A stretch of 64,000 nt of DNA from an uncultured Planctomycetota bacterium (GCA_963849325.1 CAWKHF010000014.1:15217-79216), one strand, 5' to 3'. Counted from the stretch's first letter, positions 43,346-54,542 are shown. Translations and numbers: made by a program. The notes: generated by a model not told the origin, from the letters alone.

Positions 43346-45702
43346 GTGTTACCGATCGTCTTTCGCAAGCGGTGGGGAGAAGCGCCGGCCGAGGGCGAGC
43401 TGTGGGTCCGGCCGCGACGGCCGGAGGACCGCTCGCGCCGGGCCGTGGCCCTGCTGGTGTGCGAGCAAGGACTGGAGGCGCTGGAGCGCGGCGACGGGCC
43501 AGTGCAACGCCTCGTCGTGGACGGCTCCGGGACGCAGCCGACGCTCGACGAAATGCTGGCGGCCTTCTTCGCCGACCGTCTGACCGCCGGCGATCAACTA
43601 TCGGCTGGCTTCCACGATTTCGCTCGTTACACGCATCTCGTTCGTCACGGGTTGTCGCCCACCGAGTTGCCGGTGACGGAGACGCTGGAGGCGATTTACC
43701 TGGCCATTCGTAACACGGCCGGGTCCGATCTGACCGAGGCCGACAACGCCGCTCGCTTCCTGGCCGGCTGGCAGCGCCTGGCCGACCGCATCCGCCGAGC
43801 GGTCGAGGCGGGGGAAGACGTCTTCCGAACCGCCCTGTTCCCGCCGAGCACGAGTTCGCGGCGGAGCGGGCTTATCTGCGGCGCGACGAGGACGTGTACC
43901 GTCAGGACGTGGCCCGAGGCGAACGCTGGCGCGTCCACCTGCCCGATGGTCCGCCGCTCAGCTCCGGGTTGCTGCTGCGCCAGCCGAAAAGTCTGCTTTT
44001 CGTGGCCCACAGCCGCCAGGATCGACAGACGCCGACCGGCGAACCGTACCTGTTTCTGGCCGTCGATTGGGGCGCGGAAGAAACGGGCAAGCGTTTCTGG
44101 GTATTCTCGACCGATCCGGTACAACGCCTGTCGCTGCGACCGCTGGCCGAGCGACTGAGCCAGGCGGAGTCCGCCCTCGATCTCGCGACGCCGCCGGGCA
44201 ACACCTCGTGGTACGATGGCCGGGACAGCGATTACACGATGGTGGCCCCTCCGCGCGGGGGCACCCGGCTGCCGGCCGATGAGGTGCTGCGCCTCGTCAA
44301 GGAGTGGGCCGGAGCGGCAGAATCTCCCGCAACCGCGATCGAGGCGGCCCTATCGAAGGACGGCAAGTCCGTTGTCTCGCCGAAGCGGGCACGGCCCCGG
44401 CGGCACCGCTGGTTCGTCGGCGCTGTCGCCTTGCTCGTGCTCCTCGGCGTCACCGGCGCCGTCGTGTGGCGGCATCGGGATCGCGGCACCGAGAGAGATC
44501 CCTGGCGTTCGGTGGCCCCTTTCTACAGCATCAAGCAGCGCATCACGGGCGCGGCCCCCGCGCGGTTCGCCCTGTGGAACCGCACCGGACACGAGCAGCG
44601 CGTCCGCTTGCAGGTTCGCCTCGAAGTGGACCGGGAGAAACCGCCGGCCAACGTCGGCCCCCTGGAAGTCCGCGTCGTCGTCAACCCGGACGGCACGAAG
44701 GAGAAGGCCCACAAGGTAACGGCGACGGCCAAGGGAGATGGCATCGAGGTGCCGCTTATCCACGCGGTCCTGGCCGAGGGAGCGAACACAGTCGAGGTTC
44801 GCGTCAGCGAGAAGGCCGGGATGCTGCGGGCCGTGCAGCTGTCGTGCTGGGAGAAGGAGGGTGCCATCGCCAACCTCTACGTCCTGGCCGTGGGCGTGTC
44901 CAAGTACGCCCATCCGCCCGAGGCGGCCGGACTCGACGCCGTGCGCGATCTGAAGTTTGCCGACAACGACGCCGAGGAGTTGGTCGCCGAACTCCAGGCC
45001 CAGGAGGGCAAGCTGTTCCACAAGGTCGCCTGCCGAAAACTGCTCAACGAAAAGGCCAGCCGCGACAACATCGTCAACGGCTTCGCGTGGCTGCACAGCT
45101 GCGTCCACGATGACGCCGGCGACGTGGACTACCGCCTGGCGATCGTGGCCCTGTCCGGCCACGGCGAGAGACATCCGCAGCTGTCCAGCAAACAATTCTT
45201 CTTCCTACCCTACGATTTCAACGAAAAACCGGATCGGCCTTTCGACAATCGCGGTGTCGCCTCCAACCAGATCCGCGATTACCTGTCGGACCTGGGCTGC
45301 CCGGTCATCCTGCTCCTGGATGCCTGCCACAGCGGAGGCTTCGCCTTCGGGCCGATGGACTCCGGCCAGCGCGGCGCCGCTGACCCCGAGGCGATCAAGG
45401 AAGCGATGCAAGGGCTGGGTCGAACCAAGAACGGCATCATCGTCATCGCCGCCTGCCTGGGCGAGGAAAAAGCCCGCGAATACCAGGACCTCAAGCACGG
45501 CCTGCTGAGTTACACGTTCCTGGAGTGCATTCGCGGACAGAAGCGCCCCAACGCCGAGCAAAAAATCATTTTCCTGTCGGAGCTGCACGAGCACATGAAT
45601 CGGATTCCGCGCTCGAAAACGCAAGGACAGGCGTTCGTCATTCAGCCGCTCAACGGGATCTCGCTCAACACCATCCCGCTTGCCGTCGCGCCGGGCGACT
45701 GA
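43346..45702 (+). CDS. Membrane-anchored caspase-family protein: unknown N-terminal domain-TM-Ig-like-C14 (indel near 43840)
   Basis: GTG start after AGAGGGG. N-terminal domain about 340 aa, basic stretch KRARPRRHR then TM WFVGAVALLVLLGVTGAVVW, LYVLAVGVSKY, LKFADNDA, LSGHGE, LLDACHSG, HGLLSY. Confidence 0.82.
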
Positions 45703-45710
45703 GCGTTCGC

Positions 45711-48700
45711 TCACCGCGCCGCACGGGGCGGCGCCGGCACGGGCGGTTTGCTGAAAGCGTTGAGGTCGCGCAAGATCCGCTCGCACGTCGCCTCGTCCAG
45801 AACGAACACGTCGCTGCGGTCGGGTTCGGGGATACGGGCGTAGCGGCGTTTCGAGGCGCCTTCCGTGTTGCCGATGTGCAGCACGCGCTTGCCGGAGCGC
45901 GTCGCCACCTCCAGCACCAACTCCGGCTTGTCCAGGCCGAACAAGGCCAGGTTGGCCCCCTTGTCCACGGCATAGCGGCTCAATTTCAGGCCGGCCAGGG
46001 CCGCCAGTGTGTCCTCGACCGTGGCCGTATTGATCTTTGCCTCCGACTTGCCGACCGCCTGCCAGCCTGACTCGATCTTCTCCAACAGGAATGGGTTGCG
46101 AGCGTAGCGGTAGTTGAGCGACTCAACCTGCACCGCATCGACTGGAGGCGTCCACACGGTGCGCGGCCGATATTCGTCGAGCACCTTCTGGCTCAGGCCG
46201 CGGTCCAGCAGGAAAACGAGATCGCCGTTGGCCAGCTTGGCGTAACGGCGCGGTCCCTTCTCCTCCGGGTTGCCGACGAGCAAGTTGAGCGCTTCCTTGT
46301 CGCCCGACTGCAAGCGCCAGTGCGCCTCGGGGTGGTCGAGTCCATATTTCTTGAGGTCGGCGGCGCCGGGCTTGTCGGCGACGAGGGCGTCGGCGCGGAG
46401 GCGGGCTAGGCTGCCCAGGAAATCGTCGAGTTGGTCCTGCTCGGCCTCGCCTTGCATCGGCTCGGTCAGTTTCCAGGTGCCGTCCACTTTGCGGAAGACG
46501 GCGCGGCGTGGGCCGCGCTCCAGCTGCAAGCGATCGGCGTCGCCGAAGCGGGCGATGCTGCGATCGCGGAAGGTCACGGGATCGCCGGCCAGACGCTCGG
46601 CCAACAGGCGCGGCAGCACGGCAACCGCCTTGCCGTCATCCACCAGGGCAAAGCGTTCGCCGCCGTCGCCGGTCGTCTTGCCCAGCTTGACGATGTGCTC
46701 GGCCGGCTTCTGGCCGGATTTCAGCTTGATCGTCAGCAGGGCCGACGGCGTATCCAGGCCGAACGGTTTCAGATCCTTGGCGGGATAGGCGGCGATGCGG
46801 CTGGCGCGCAGGTCGCCGAGTTGTCCAAGCAAGTCCTGCATGCCCTTGTCGTCGGCCTTCTCCGCGGCCGGTTTCGTCACGGCCCAGGCGTCGTCCTTCT
46901 TGACGATTTCCAGGATGTTTGGCCCCATGTGACGCTGGAGCGCGAGTACGGCATCGCGGTCGAACTTGAGGACGTTGCGGTTGACGTAATCGAGGTAGGT
47001 GCGGTCCAGCAGACGGGCCAATTCCGGCGGCAGCACGGCCACGCCCGCTCCTCCATCCACGCGCGCGTAACGGGCGCCCGGCTCGCCCTCGACGTCCTTG
47101 CCCAACTCGACGGCGTGCTTCGCCGGGGCAGGGGCACCATCCGGCTTGCGCGCGCTCACCGTGACGCGGACGGCGGGCTTGTCGAGACCGTACTTGCCCC
47201 ACTCGACGGCGCCACCGTAGTCGGCGAAGCGCTCCGCCCGCAAGTTCGACCACAAAAAGCCCAGCGATGCCGTTGCCTCGGCGTCGGCGGCGTAGGCGCC
47301 GGCCGGCGACTCGGTCACGCTCCAGGTATCGCCCTTCTTTTCCAGTGTCAACGAAATGTCACCTAGTTTCACCTGCATGCGCTCCAGCCGTGCCGGGTCG
47401 AGGTGCAGCAGCGTCGTGTCGAGCAGGTCGAGCGCCGCGTGATCGGCAGCGCCGGCGACGGCATCGCCGATCACGAAGACCGCCGGATCTTCGCCCACCT
47501 TCGCATAGCGCGAGGAGGCGCCCTCCGCCGTCGGTTTGCCGATGAGCAGGGTATGCTCCTTGTCGTCCTTCGCCTTCAGGCGAACCGTTACGGCCGGCTT
47601 GTCCAGGCCGTATTCGGACAGGTCCTTCGCTTCGTGGGCCTTGTAGCTCTCGACCTTCGGCGAACCGAGTTCCGCCGTCATCTTTTGCACCGTCTCGGCC
47701 AGGGCGTTGGCGTCGAACGGCCCGGCGATCTTCCAGGCATTGGCGGAGCGCGCCAGCGTGTACTCCTTCTGGCCCGCCTTGTGGATGCGCAGCGAGACGA
47801 TCTCTTCGGGCAGCACCTGCCACAAGGTCAGCGGCCGATAGCTCAGCGAATCGCGCGTCAACTCCTTGTGGATGTCCGCATTGACGGCGAAGATCGGCGA
47901 TGTTCCCTCGGGTGTATCCGCCAACTGGGCGAAGTATCCGCTCTTGCCGCCGCGCGCCTTGCCGATGCGCAGCAGTCGCGCCGCCTTCATCTTGTCCGCG
48001 AACTCGACGCGAACCGTCAACGCCGGCTTGCCGAGTCCGTACTGCTCTTCCAGTTCCTCCTTCTTCGGCGTCTGGTTGACGTATTCGACCGCCTCCAGCT
48101 TGCCCAGGTCGCCGGCCAGTTGGTCGGCCTTGAGGGCGTCGGCATCCGCCTTGACCGGATGGACCAACCGCCAGGCGTCCTTCTCGTGCTCCAGCGTGAA
48201 CTTGTCGCCCTTATTGTCGATATCGATCTTCGCCACCTCGGACGCGCTGAAGTCGAACAGCCGCTTGCCGCGATACGCCAGGGCCGGCCGACTGACCAGC
48301 GGCTCCAGGCTGTCGTCCACCATGTTGATGCGCGGCCAATCGCCGGCCATGACGTACAGTTTTTTCTTGTCCGTGTCGTGCTTGCCGATGCGCACCGTCA
48401 GCATCCGTGTCTTCTTCTCCTTCGTCTCGCTTCCCTTGATCTCCTCCTCGACGGTGACGGTCACGACCGCTTCTGGTTTGTCAAATCCGAACTTTTTCGG
48501 ATCTTCTTTGTCGAGTACGTCCTTGTCGCGGGCTTGCAGGTCGGACAGCTTGCCGAGCAGGTCCGTCACCTTGCCGTTGTCGGCCTCGGCGGCGATGGGC
48601 TTGGTCAACTTCCAGTTGTCCTTTTCCTTCTCCAGCACGATGTCCTCGCTGGCGTGCTTGATTTCGAGGCGGCGGGCGTCGGCGCTGTTGAAGCGGGCGA

Positions 48701-49886
48701 CGTGGGCATCGCGCAGAGTATCCAGGGCGACGAACACGTCCTTGAGCTTGTCGGCCTTGATCTCGAAGATCTGGTCGTTGTACTGGAGCTTGGCGTAGCG
48801 GTATTCGTCGGTGACGGGCATCAGGCGCTGCGGCATGCCGGGCGGCATGCCCGGTTGCGGCGGCGCCGGCATCATGCGCACACGTCGGCCGGACACGGCG
48901 CCGATCCGCAGCGTCACCGTGTCGCCGTTGGCATACTTCACGGTGAGGGTCCGCTCTGGGTCGGTCAGCCCGGAGCGCACCAGCAGGCCGCCCTGCGTGG
49001 CGAAGAAAAGGTCCGTGACGACCGAGGCCACGTTCCAGAACGCGTGGGCGTGCCACAGCGACGGCGAGACGCCGCCGCTGCCGGGCGGTACGAACTGCTC
49101 GGCCCAGAGGTCGGGGACGGCGGACAGCAGCGCGTCGCGGCTGCCGGCGTCGAGACGATCGCGCACCGGCTTGGCCAGCTCCCAGGCGTCGCCGCGCCGC
49201 GTCACGGTGAAGTGCGCGCCATCTTTCTTCTTGTCCTCAACGGTCACGCTCTGGGCCGCCAACTGCTCGACCTTTTCGCGGCTGCCTTCCTTCGCCACGC
49301 GCTCGGCCTGGAACAGACGGCGCTGCTGGTAGTAGTCGGTCGGCCGATCAAGCGCCGCGATCAGGCCGGGAGCGAGGCGCACGACTTCGGACTTTTTGTC
49401 CAGGCGCAGATAGGTGTCGCGCGAAAATCGGTTCTCGCCGGAGTCGGCGCGGTCCTCACCGAAGGCGAGAGTGTGCGATTCGCCATCCACCGTCAGCTGG
49501 ACGGTGACGGTTGGCCGGTCGAGTCCCTTCTTGGCCAGGTCCGCCTCGTCGGCGATCGCTTCTGGCTCGAAGCGCGAGCGCAGTCCGGCGAGCAGATCGA
49601 CCAGGGCGTGGACCTCGACATCGCGGATCGGCCAGTTGCCCGGCAGGGTCCAGGCACCATCGGGCTTGCGGTCCAGGATCGTGATGCCGCTGGGAGCGTT
49701 GACCTCGATGCGCGTGATCGTCTCGGGACGCAGCTCCTTGAGGAAGTCGCGCGTGCCCCTGTCCTGCACGGGCGGCGGCGGAGCGGCCGGGTCCAGCGCG
49801 GGCGGCAACTGCGGACCACCAAGCCACCACAGCCCAATACCGGCACCGACCAGCACCACCAGCGCGAGGGTCGTTTTGATGTTCAT
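45711..49886 (-). CDS. Multi-DUF4340 repeat protein (1391 aa)
   Basis: N-terminal TM; nine repeats each with W.L..P....D...V..L...L..L.A and a (Y/F)GL(D)KP-type motif. Confidence 0.85.
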   Translation of the reverse strand: MNIKTTLALVVLVGAGIGLWWLGGPQLPPALDPAAPPPPVQDRGTRDFLKELRPETITRIEVNAPSGITILDRKPDGAWTLPGNWPIRDVEVHALVDLLAGLRSRFEPEAIADEADLAKKGLDRPTVTVQLTVDGESHTLAFGEDRADSGENRFSRDTYLRLDKKSEVVRLAPGLIAALDRPTDYYQQRRLFQAERVAKEGSREKVEQLAAQSVTVEDKKKDGAHFTVTRRGDAWELAKPVRDRLDAGSRDALLSAVPDLWAEQFVPPGSGGVSPSLWHAHAFWNVASVVTDLFFATQGGLLVRSGLTDPERTLTVKYANGDTVTLRIGAVSGRRVRMMPAPPQPGMPPGMPQRLMPVTDEYRYAKLQYNDQIFEIKADKLKDVFVALDTLRDAHVARFNSADARRLEIKHASEDIVLEKEKDNWKLTKPIAAEADNGKVTDLLGKLSDLQARDKDVLDKEDPKKFGFDKPEAVVTVTVEEEIKGSETKEKKTRMLTVRIGKHDTDKKKLYVMAGDWPRINMVDDSLEPLVSRPALAYRGKRLFDFSASEVAKIDIDNKGDKFTLEHEKDAWRLVHPVKADADALKADQLAGDLGKLEAVEYVNQTPKKEELEEQYGLGKPALTVRVEFADKMKAARLLRIGKARGGKSGYFAQLADTPEGTSPIFAVNADIHKELTRDSLSYRPLTLWQVLPEEIVSLRIHKAGQKEYTLARSANAWKIAGPFDANALAETVQKMTAELGSPKVESYKAHEAKDLSEYGLDKPAVTVRLKAKDDKEHTLLIGKPTAEGASSRYAKVGEDPAVFVIGDAVAGAADHAALDLLDTTLLHLDPARLERMQVKLGDISLTLEKKGDTWSVTESPAGAYAADAEATASLGFLWSNLRAERFADYGGAVEWGKYGLDKPAVRVTVSARKPDGAPAPAKHAVELGKDVEGEPGARYARVDGGAGVAVLPPELARLLDRTYLDYVNRNVLKFDRDAVLALQRHMGPNILEIVKKDDAWAVTKPAAEKADDKGMQDLLGQLGDLRASRIAAYPAKDLKPFGLDTPSALLTIKLKSGQKPAEHIVKLGKTTGDGGERFALVDDGKAVAVLPRLLAERLAGDPVTFRDRSIARFGDADRLQLERGPRRAVFRKVDGTWKLTEPMQGEAEQDQLDDFLGSLARLRADALVADKPGAADLKKYGLDHPEAHWRLQSGDKEALNLLVGNPEEKGPRRYAKLANGDLVFLLDRGLSQKVLDEYRPRTVWTPPVDAVQVESLNYRYARNPFLLEKIESGWQAVGKSEAKINTATVEDTLAALAGLKLSRYAVDKGANLALFGLDKPELVLEVATRSGKRVLHIGNTEGASKRRYARIPEPDRSDVFVLDEATCERILRDLNAFSKPPVPAPPRAAR

Positions 49887-49995
49887 GGGGTCATTTCCCT
49901 CTACGGATTTCCACCCACTAGCCCGAAGCGCCAGCGACGGGTATTCATCCGTCGCTGGCGCTTCGGGCTAGTGGGGAAACCGCATCGAAACAGGG

Positions 49996-52571
49996 TTATC
50001 GCAAGCGCCGGAACAACAGTACCACCAGACCGAGGAAGGCGAACAGCACGGGCAAGCCCAGGCGGACGCCCCACAGCCATAGGTATTCCGTCTGCGAATC
50101 CGGCGGAATCGTGTCGTTGACGCGCGGATAGCTCCAGACGCGATCGTCGCGCGGCAGTTGATCGTCGCGGCCCAGCAACCAGTTGATAGTATCGACGAAC
50201 AGTTCCTCCTGGGCGGCCGGCAGCTTCTTGCCGGTGAAGAAGCCGCCCTGGCCAATGACCGCCAACCGCACCGTGGCCGGCTTGTCGGCGGCGCTGTCGT
50301 ACCATTTCGCCGGCAGCTGGGTCTCGACGGCCACGCCGATCGGGAACGGCCCGCGCCGGCGGGTGTCGAGCGGGTCCTTGTTCGTCTCGATCATCGTCGG
50401 ACCCTTGTCGCGCCCCTTGCTGGGCTTCTCGAACTGCGGGACCGAGTCGGCGGTCGGAAACGGCTGGTCCTCGTTCCAGCTGCGCGGACTAGTCATCAGG
50501 AAATCGGGGTCGAACGCGACCTTGGTCCCCCTGGGGGGTACGAAGTAGATGGGCCGGGGATGGCGGATGCGAATGTCGAGCGGCAGCGGCTTGCCCTCGG
50601 CGTCCTTGCCCAGGGCACGAGCGGTCAGACGCAGGCTCTCCCGAATGCGATTGGGCTTGTCGCTCCGCAGAGGCGAGCCGATCGGCCGACCGGCGCCCGG
50701 CGGCCAGTCGAACAACACCGACGGCACTCGAACTGCCCTCCGCCCAGCTCGGTCCCGGCCCGCGCGTCCGCCAGCGCCTCAATCTCGCTATCAAACAGCA
50801 CCGTCTCCTTGCCGAACTTGACGCCGAGCTGACCGAGCAACTCTTCCAGTCCGTCCGCCTCCTCGCCGGGGCGGGCCGACCCTTCGTCGGGTGTCGTGAC
50901 CGACGGCCCGAAGCAGGCCAGCACCGGCTTGCCCGCCTTGAGGAAGTCCTTGATCGCCTCCACCTGGGCCTCATCCACCTTGTACAACCGGGCCGGGATG
51001 TTCTCGAATTCGTCGGCCACGTTCCGCAGCGTCATGCGCGGCACGATCAGCAGGTCGCAGTCGGCCAGCAGGCGCACCATCTTGGCCTTCACGTCGGTCA
51101 TGCGCTGCTGCTCCTTCAGCGCCGGCACGTTGAGCTTGCTCTTTTCCTCCTTCACCTCGTCGAGGCGCTGGCGGTAGCTGGGCATGGCCTTGTCGAGATT
51201 GTCGAGATTATTCTGAAGGATCGCCGCCTGGATGCTGGCCAGCTCGACCGTCACCTTGTCGCCGTCGAGTTGGGAGGCGAGCTTGCGCGTCAGGTCGTCG
51301 CGCGTCTTGGGATCATCGACGGCCTTCTTCCAGACGGCGAGGGAGTTCTCGAACACCGGCCGCTGCCGTTCGAGGTTGCCGATGAGTCGTTCCAGTACCG
51401 CTTGCCGTTCTTCCAGACGTTCCAGAGCGCTTTCGTCCACGGTGGCGGCGGCGGCCGACGGCGGCGCAAAGCGCGACCACTTTTTCAGCACGATGTCCTC
51501 GACCTCGAAGCCGTGCTCCTCCAGCGCCCGCCGCAGTCCGCGCAACCCCCAGTCGTGATCGCTGTTGGTGCTCAGTACCTTGTGGATGACGGCGATGCCG
51601 ATGCGCGGCCTTTTTTCCTCCAGGTGCAGCAGCCGCCGGGCGAACGGCTCCATGCCCTGGTACAGGAGCACCAGGTTGCCGCGGCCGCCGTGGTCCTCCT
51701 GCGAGGCGGTCTTGTCCAGCAGATAAAAGTCGTTGAAGCTCAGCCGCTGGACGTAGGGCTTGCCGTTGGCTCCGCGCCGAGAAGAACAGGCTGTTTTCCG
51801 GCGCCGCCTCGATGGCCTTGCGCAACTCCGGAGCGCCTTCCGTCAGCTTCGCCAGCCGGTCCTTGTAGCCCTGCGACTGCACGTCAAGCACTTCCACGTT
51901 CAGCTGCGGGCCGACGGCGCGGAGTTGATCGGCCAGGTCCTTGACCTTCTCGATAACCTTGCGCTCGGCGGCGGAGTCGTAGTCGTCGGGCGGTTGCTCC
52001 GTCAGGGTGCCGAACGTCTTGTGCCGCTGGTAGACGATGACCGTCGTCTTGCTGTCGGGGTCGAGCTGGCCCAGATCCTGGCGAATCTCGGCCGGCAGCG
52101 TGAACTGCCGCTCGCGCGTCAGGTCCAGGCGGAGGTAATGCTGGAACGACCAGACGTTGACGCCGACGAGCAAGACGGCGGCGAGGGCGGCTTGCACCAG
52201 GGCGTTGAAGCCGAAGGCACTGCGCCGGCTGGCCGTGAAGGCCAGGACCACCACCAACTCGACGAGGAGGGCCAGCAGGGCAATCGCGGCGCCTGCCAGC
52301 AGCAGGGTCAGACCCCACTCGCCCGCCGGTCTGGCGAAGGCCGGCTGTACGAAGCGGCCATAGGCCGCCTGGAAAGCGTCGGTCCAGGAGGCGAGGGGAT
52401 CGAAGGCGGAGAGTCGGCCCTGGACGCCGAGGAGGACCAGGGCGACGCTGGCGGCCAGGGCGCCCGTCAGACCCAGCAGGCGGACGACGAAGTGTACCCG
52501 CGACCAGAAGAGACGCTGGCGATGGGACGACGCGCGGGAGTATTCACGGCGACATGCGGGTTCACTGCCAT
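49996..52571 (-). CDS. GldG-like ABC auxiliary component (several indels)
   Basis: N-terminal TMs, LRLDLTRERQFTL, DLLIVPR, IKDFLKAGKPVL, RLAVIG, LFVDTINWL, C-terminal TM ending FRRLR. Confidence 0.75.
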
Positions 52572-53620
52572 CGTCGAGCCTCCAGGCTACGAACCGTCAG
52601 AAACAGGCAGAACAGGGCCGTGCTGCCGTAGAGCACGAGCGGGCGCGTATCCAGCAGACCGCGCGTGAAAGCGCGGTCGAAGTGCAACGGCACGCTGAAA
52701 AAGTACATGGTGCGGTAGAGCAAGCTGCCGTCCTGCTCCGGCCGCCAGAAGCCGGCGCCGATGAAGACCAGGCCCAGCGCCAGGGCGATAATCGCCGCCA
52801 CCATCTGATCGCGCACCAGGCTGCTGATGAGCAGGCCCATCGCCAGGAACATCGCCCCGGCCAGGAACATGCCCATGTAGGTCCACAGCACCGGATACGG
52901 ATCGAGCAGGACGGGTATCTCCAGCAGGTGCGGGCCGTCGGCGTGGTAGTGGGACCAGCCGCCGACGCTCGCCGCCACGATGCCGGCGACAATCAGCGCC
53001 GTCGAAACCAGCCGCGCCGTCGTGCCCAGGCGCGGCAGCAGCATCACCAGGCCGACGAGTACGGCGCCCAGCCCGGCGACGAAAGTGAGGCTCGCCGGTG
53101 TCCACACGTTGTTCCAGATCGGCGGCCGCGCTCCGAGCAGGGCCGGCAGATAGATCAGGGTCGGCAGCCACAGGACGGCGTAGAACGCCAGGCAGGCGAG
53201 GTACTTGCTCAGCACCACTTGCCAGTCGCGCAGCGGCGCCGTCATGAGCATTTCCAGCGTGCCGCTGCTGCGCTCCTCGGCGAACAGCCGCATGGTCAAC
53301 AGCGGCGGGATGAACAGGAAAACGAGCCAGAAACGCTCGTCGGCGAACATGGTCTGCATCGGCGATTCGGTGCCGTTCGGCCCGCTCGTCGTCAACAGGC
53401 CGAGCGTGATGGCGAACAGATGGCCGGTGACGGCGAGGAAGACGACGAGCACTACGTAGGCGATCGGCGACAGGAAGTAGGCGCTGAACTCGCGGCGGAC
53501 CAGGCTGCGCGCCCGGAACAGGCCGACGGCCAGCCACACCAGGAGCACCGCCGCCAGCATGAGCACCACGGCCAGCAGGGTCAGGGTGATCCATTCGCGC
53601 ATGTTGAGATTGGCGAACAT
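52562..53620 (-). CDS. ABC-2 type permease (GldF-like)
   Basis: RREFSAYFLSPIAYVV, PLLTMRLFAEERSSGTLEMLMTAP, VVLSKYL, GLLISSL..DQMVA. Confidence 0.9.
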   Translation of the reverse strand: MFANLNMREWITLTLLAVVLMLAAVLLVWLAVGLFRARSLVRREFSAYFLSPIAYVVLVVFLAVTGHLFAITLGLLTTSGPNGTESPMQTMFADERFWLVFLFIPPLLTMRLFAEERSSGTLEMLMTAPLRDWQVVLSKYLACLAFYAVLWLPTLIYLPALLGARPPIWNNVWTPASLTFVAGLGAVLVGLVMLLPRLGTTARLVSTALIVAGIVAASVGGWSHYHADGPHLLEIPVLLDPYPVLWTYMGMFLAGAMFLAMGLLISSLVRDQMVAAIIALALGLVFIGAGFWRPEQDGSLLYRTMYFFSVPLHFDRAFTRGLLDTRPLVLYGSTALFCLFLTVRSLEARRWQ

Positions 53621-53629
53621 GCTGCCCCC

Positions 53630-54355
53630 CTAGGCGCTGACCATCGCGTCCTGTTCGACCAGACGGATGAACATTTCTTCGAGGCTCTGATTCTGCGGCC
53701 GCAGTTCTTCCAGCTGGCCGGCCGCGACGACCTGGCCGCGGTTGATGATGATGGCCTGATCGCAGGTCACTTCCACCTCGGACAGAATGTGCGTGGACAG
53801 CAAGATCGTGTGTTCGCGGCCCAGCTCGCGGATCAGCTTGCGCGTCTCGCGGATCTGCCCCGGATCGAGTCCGGCCGTCGGCTCGTCGAGGATCAGCACC
53901 GGCGGATTGTTGAGCAGCACGTCGGCCAGGCCGACACGCTGGCGATAGCCCTTCGACAGCGTACCGACGAGCTGTCGGCGCACGTCGCGCAGCCAGCAGC
54001 GGCCCAGGACGTACTCGACGCGCTGGCGAGCGGTCCCGCCGTGCAGTCCCTTGATGCCGGCGCGGAAGCGCAGGTATTCGACAACGCGCATCTCGGGATA
54101 GAGCGGGCAGTTCTCGGGCATGTAGCCGATGCGACGACGGACCTCGACCGGCTGCCAGAACACGTCCAGCCCGGCGATGGTCGCCTGGCCGGACGTGGCG
54201 GTCAGGTAGCCGGCGAGGATGCGCATGGTGGTGGACTTGCCGGCGCCGTTGGGACCGAGGAAGCCGACCACCTGGCCTTTGGGCACGTCGAAGGACACGT
54301 TGCGGACGGCGGCGTAGTCGCCGTAATACTTGGTCAGGTTGCTGACGTGGATCAC
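53630..54355 (-). CDS. ABC transporter ATP-binding protein (GldA-like)
   Basis: GPNGAGKSTT, LSKGYRQRVGLA, ILDEPTAGLDP, LSTH. Confidence 0.93.
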   Translation of the reverse strand: MIHVSNLTKYYGDYAAVRNVSFDVPKGQVVGFLGPNGAGKSTTMRILAGYLTATSGQATIAGLDVFWQPVEVRRRIGYMPENCPLYPEMRVVEYLRFRAGIKGLHGGTARQRVEYVLGRCWLRDVRRQLVGTLSKGYRQRVGLADVLLNNPPVLILDEPTAGLDPGQIRETRKLIRELGREHTILLSTHILSEVEVTCDQAIIINRGQVVAAGQLEELRPQNQSLEEMFIRLVEQDAMVSA

Positions 54356-54542
54356 GACCGCCTCCTCCTGCGGCTCCAGGGATGCTTCCGGCGGAATCCA
54401 GGCATGATGGAATGACAATAACGGAAGCGCGGCGGATCGGCAAGGGGCCGAGCGGTTGCGGCCCGCGGGTTGGCGATTTATCGTGCTTTTCTCGATAAGG
54501 CCCAGACAACGGCGGCTACAATGGAGGGGGAGGTAAACGCAC

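Noticed and set aside
47403-50120. 905-aa plus-strand ORF; likewise 24269-26479(-), 1966-3564(+) and 41000-42583(+)
   Set aside because: All are antisense shadows of well-supported genes.
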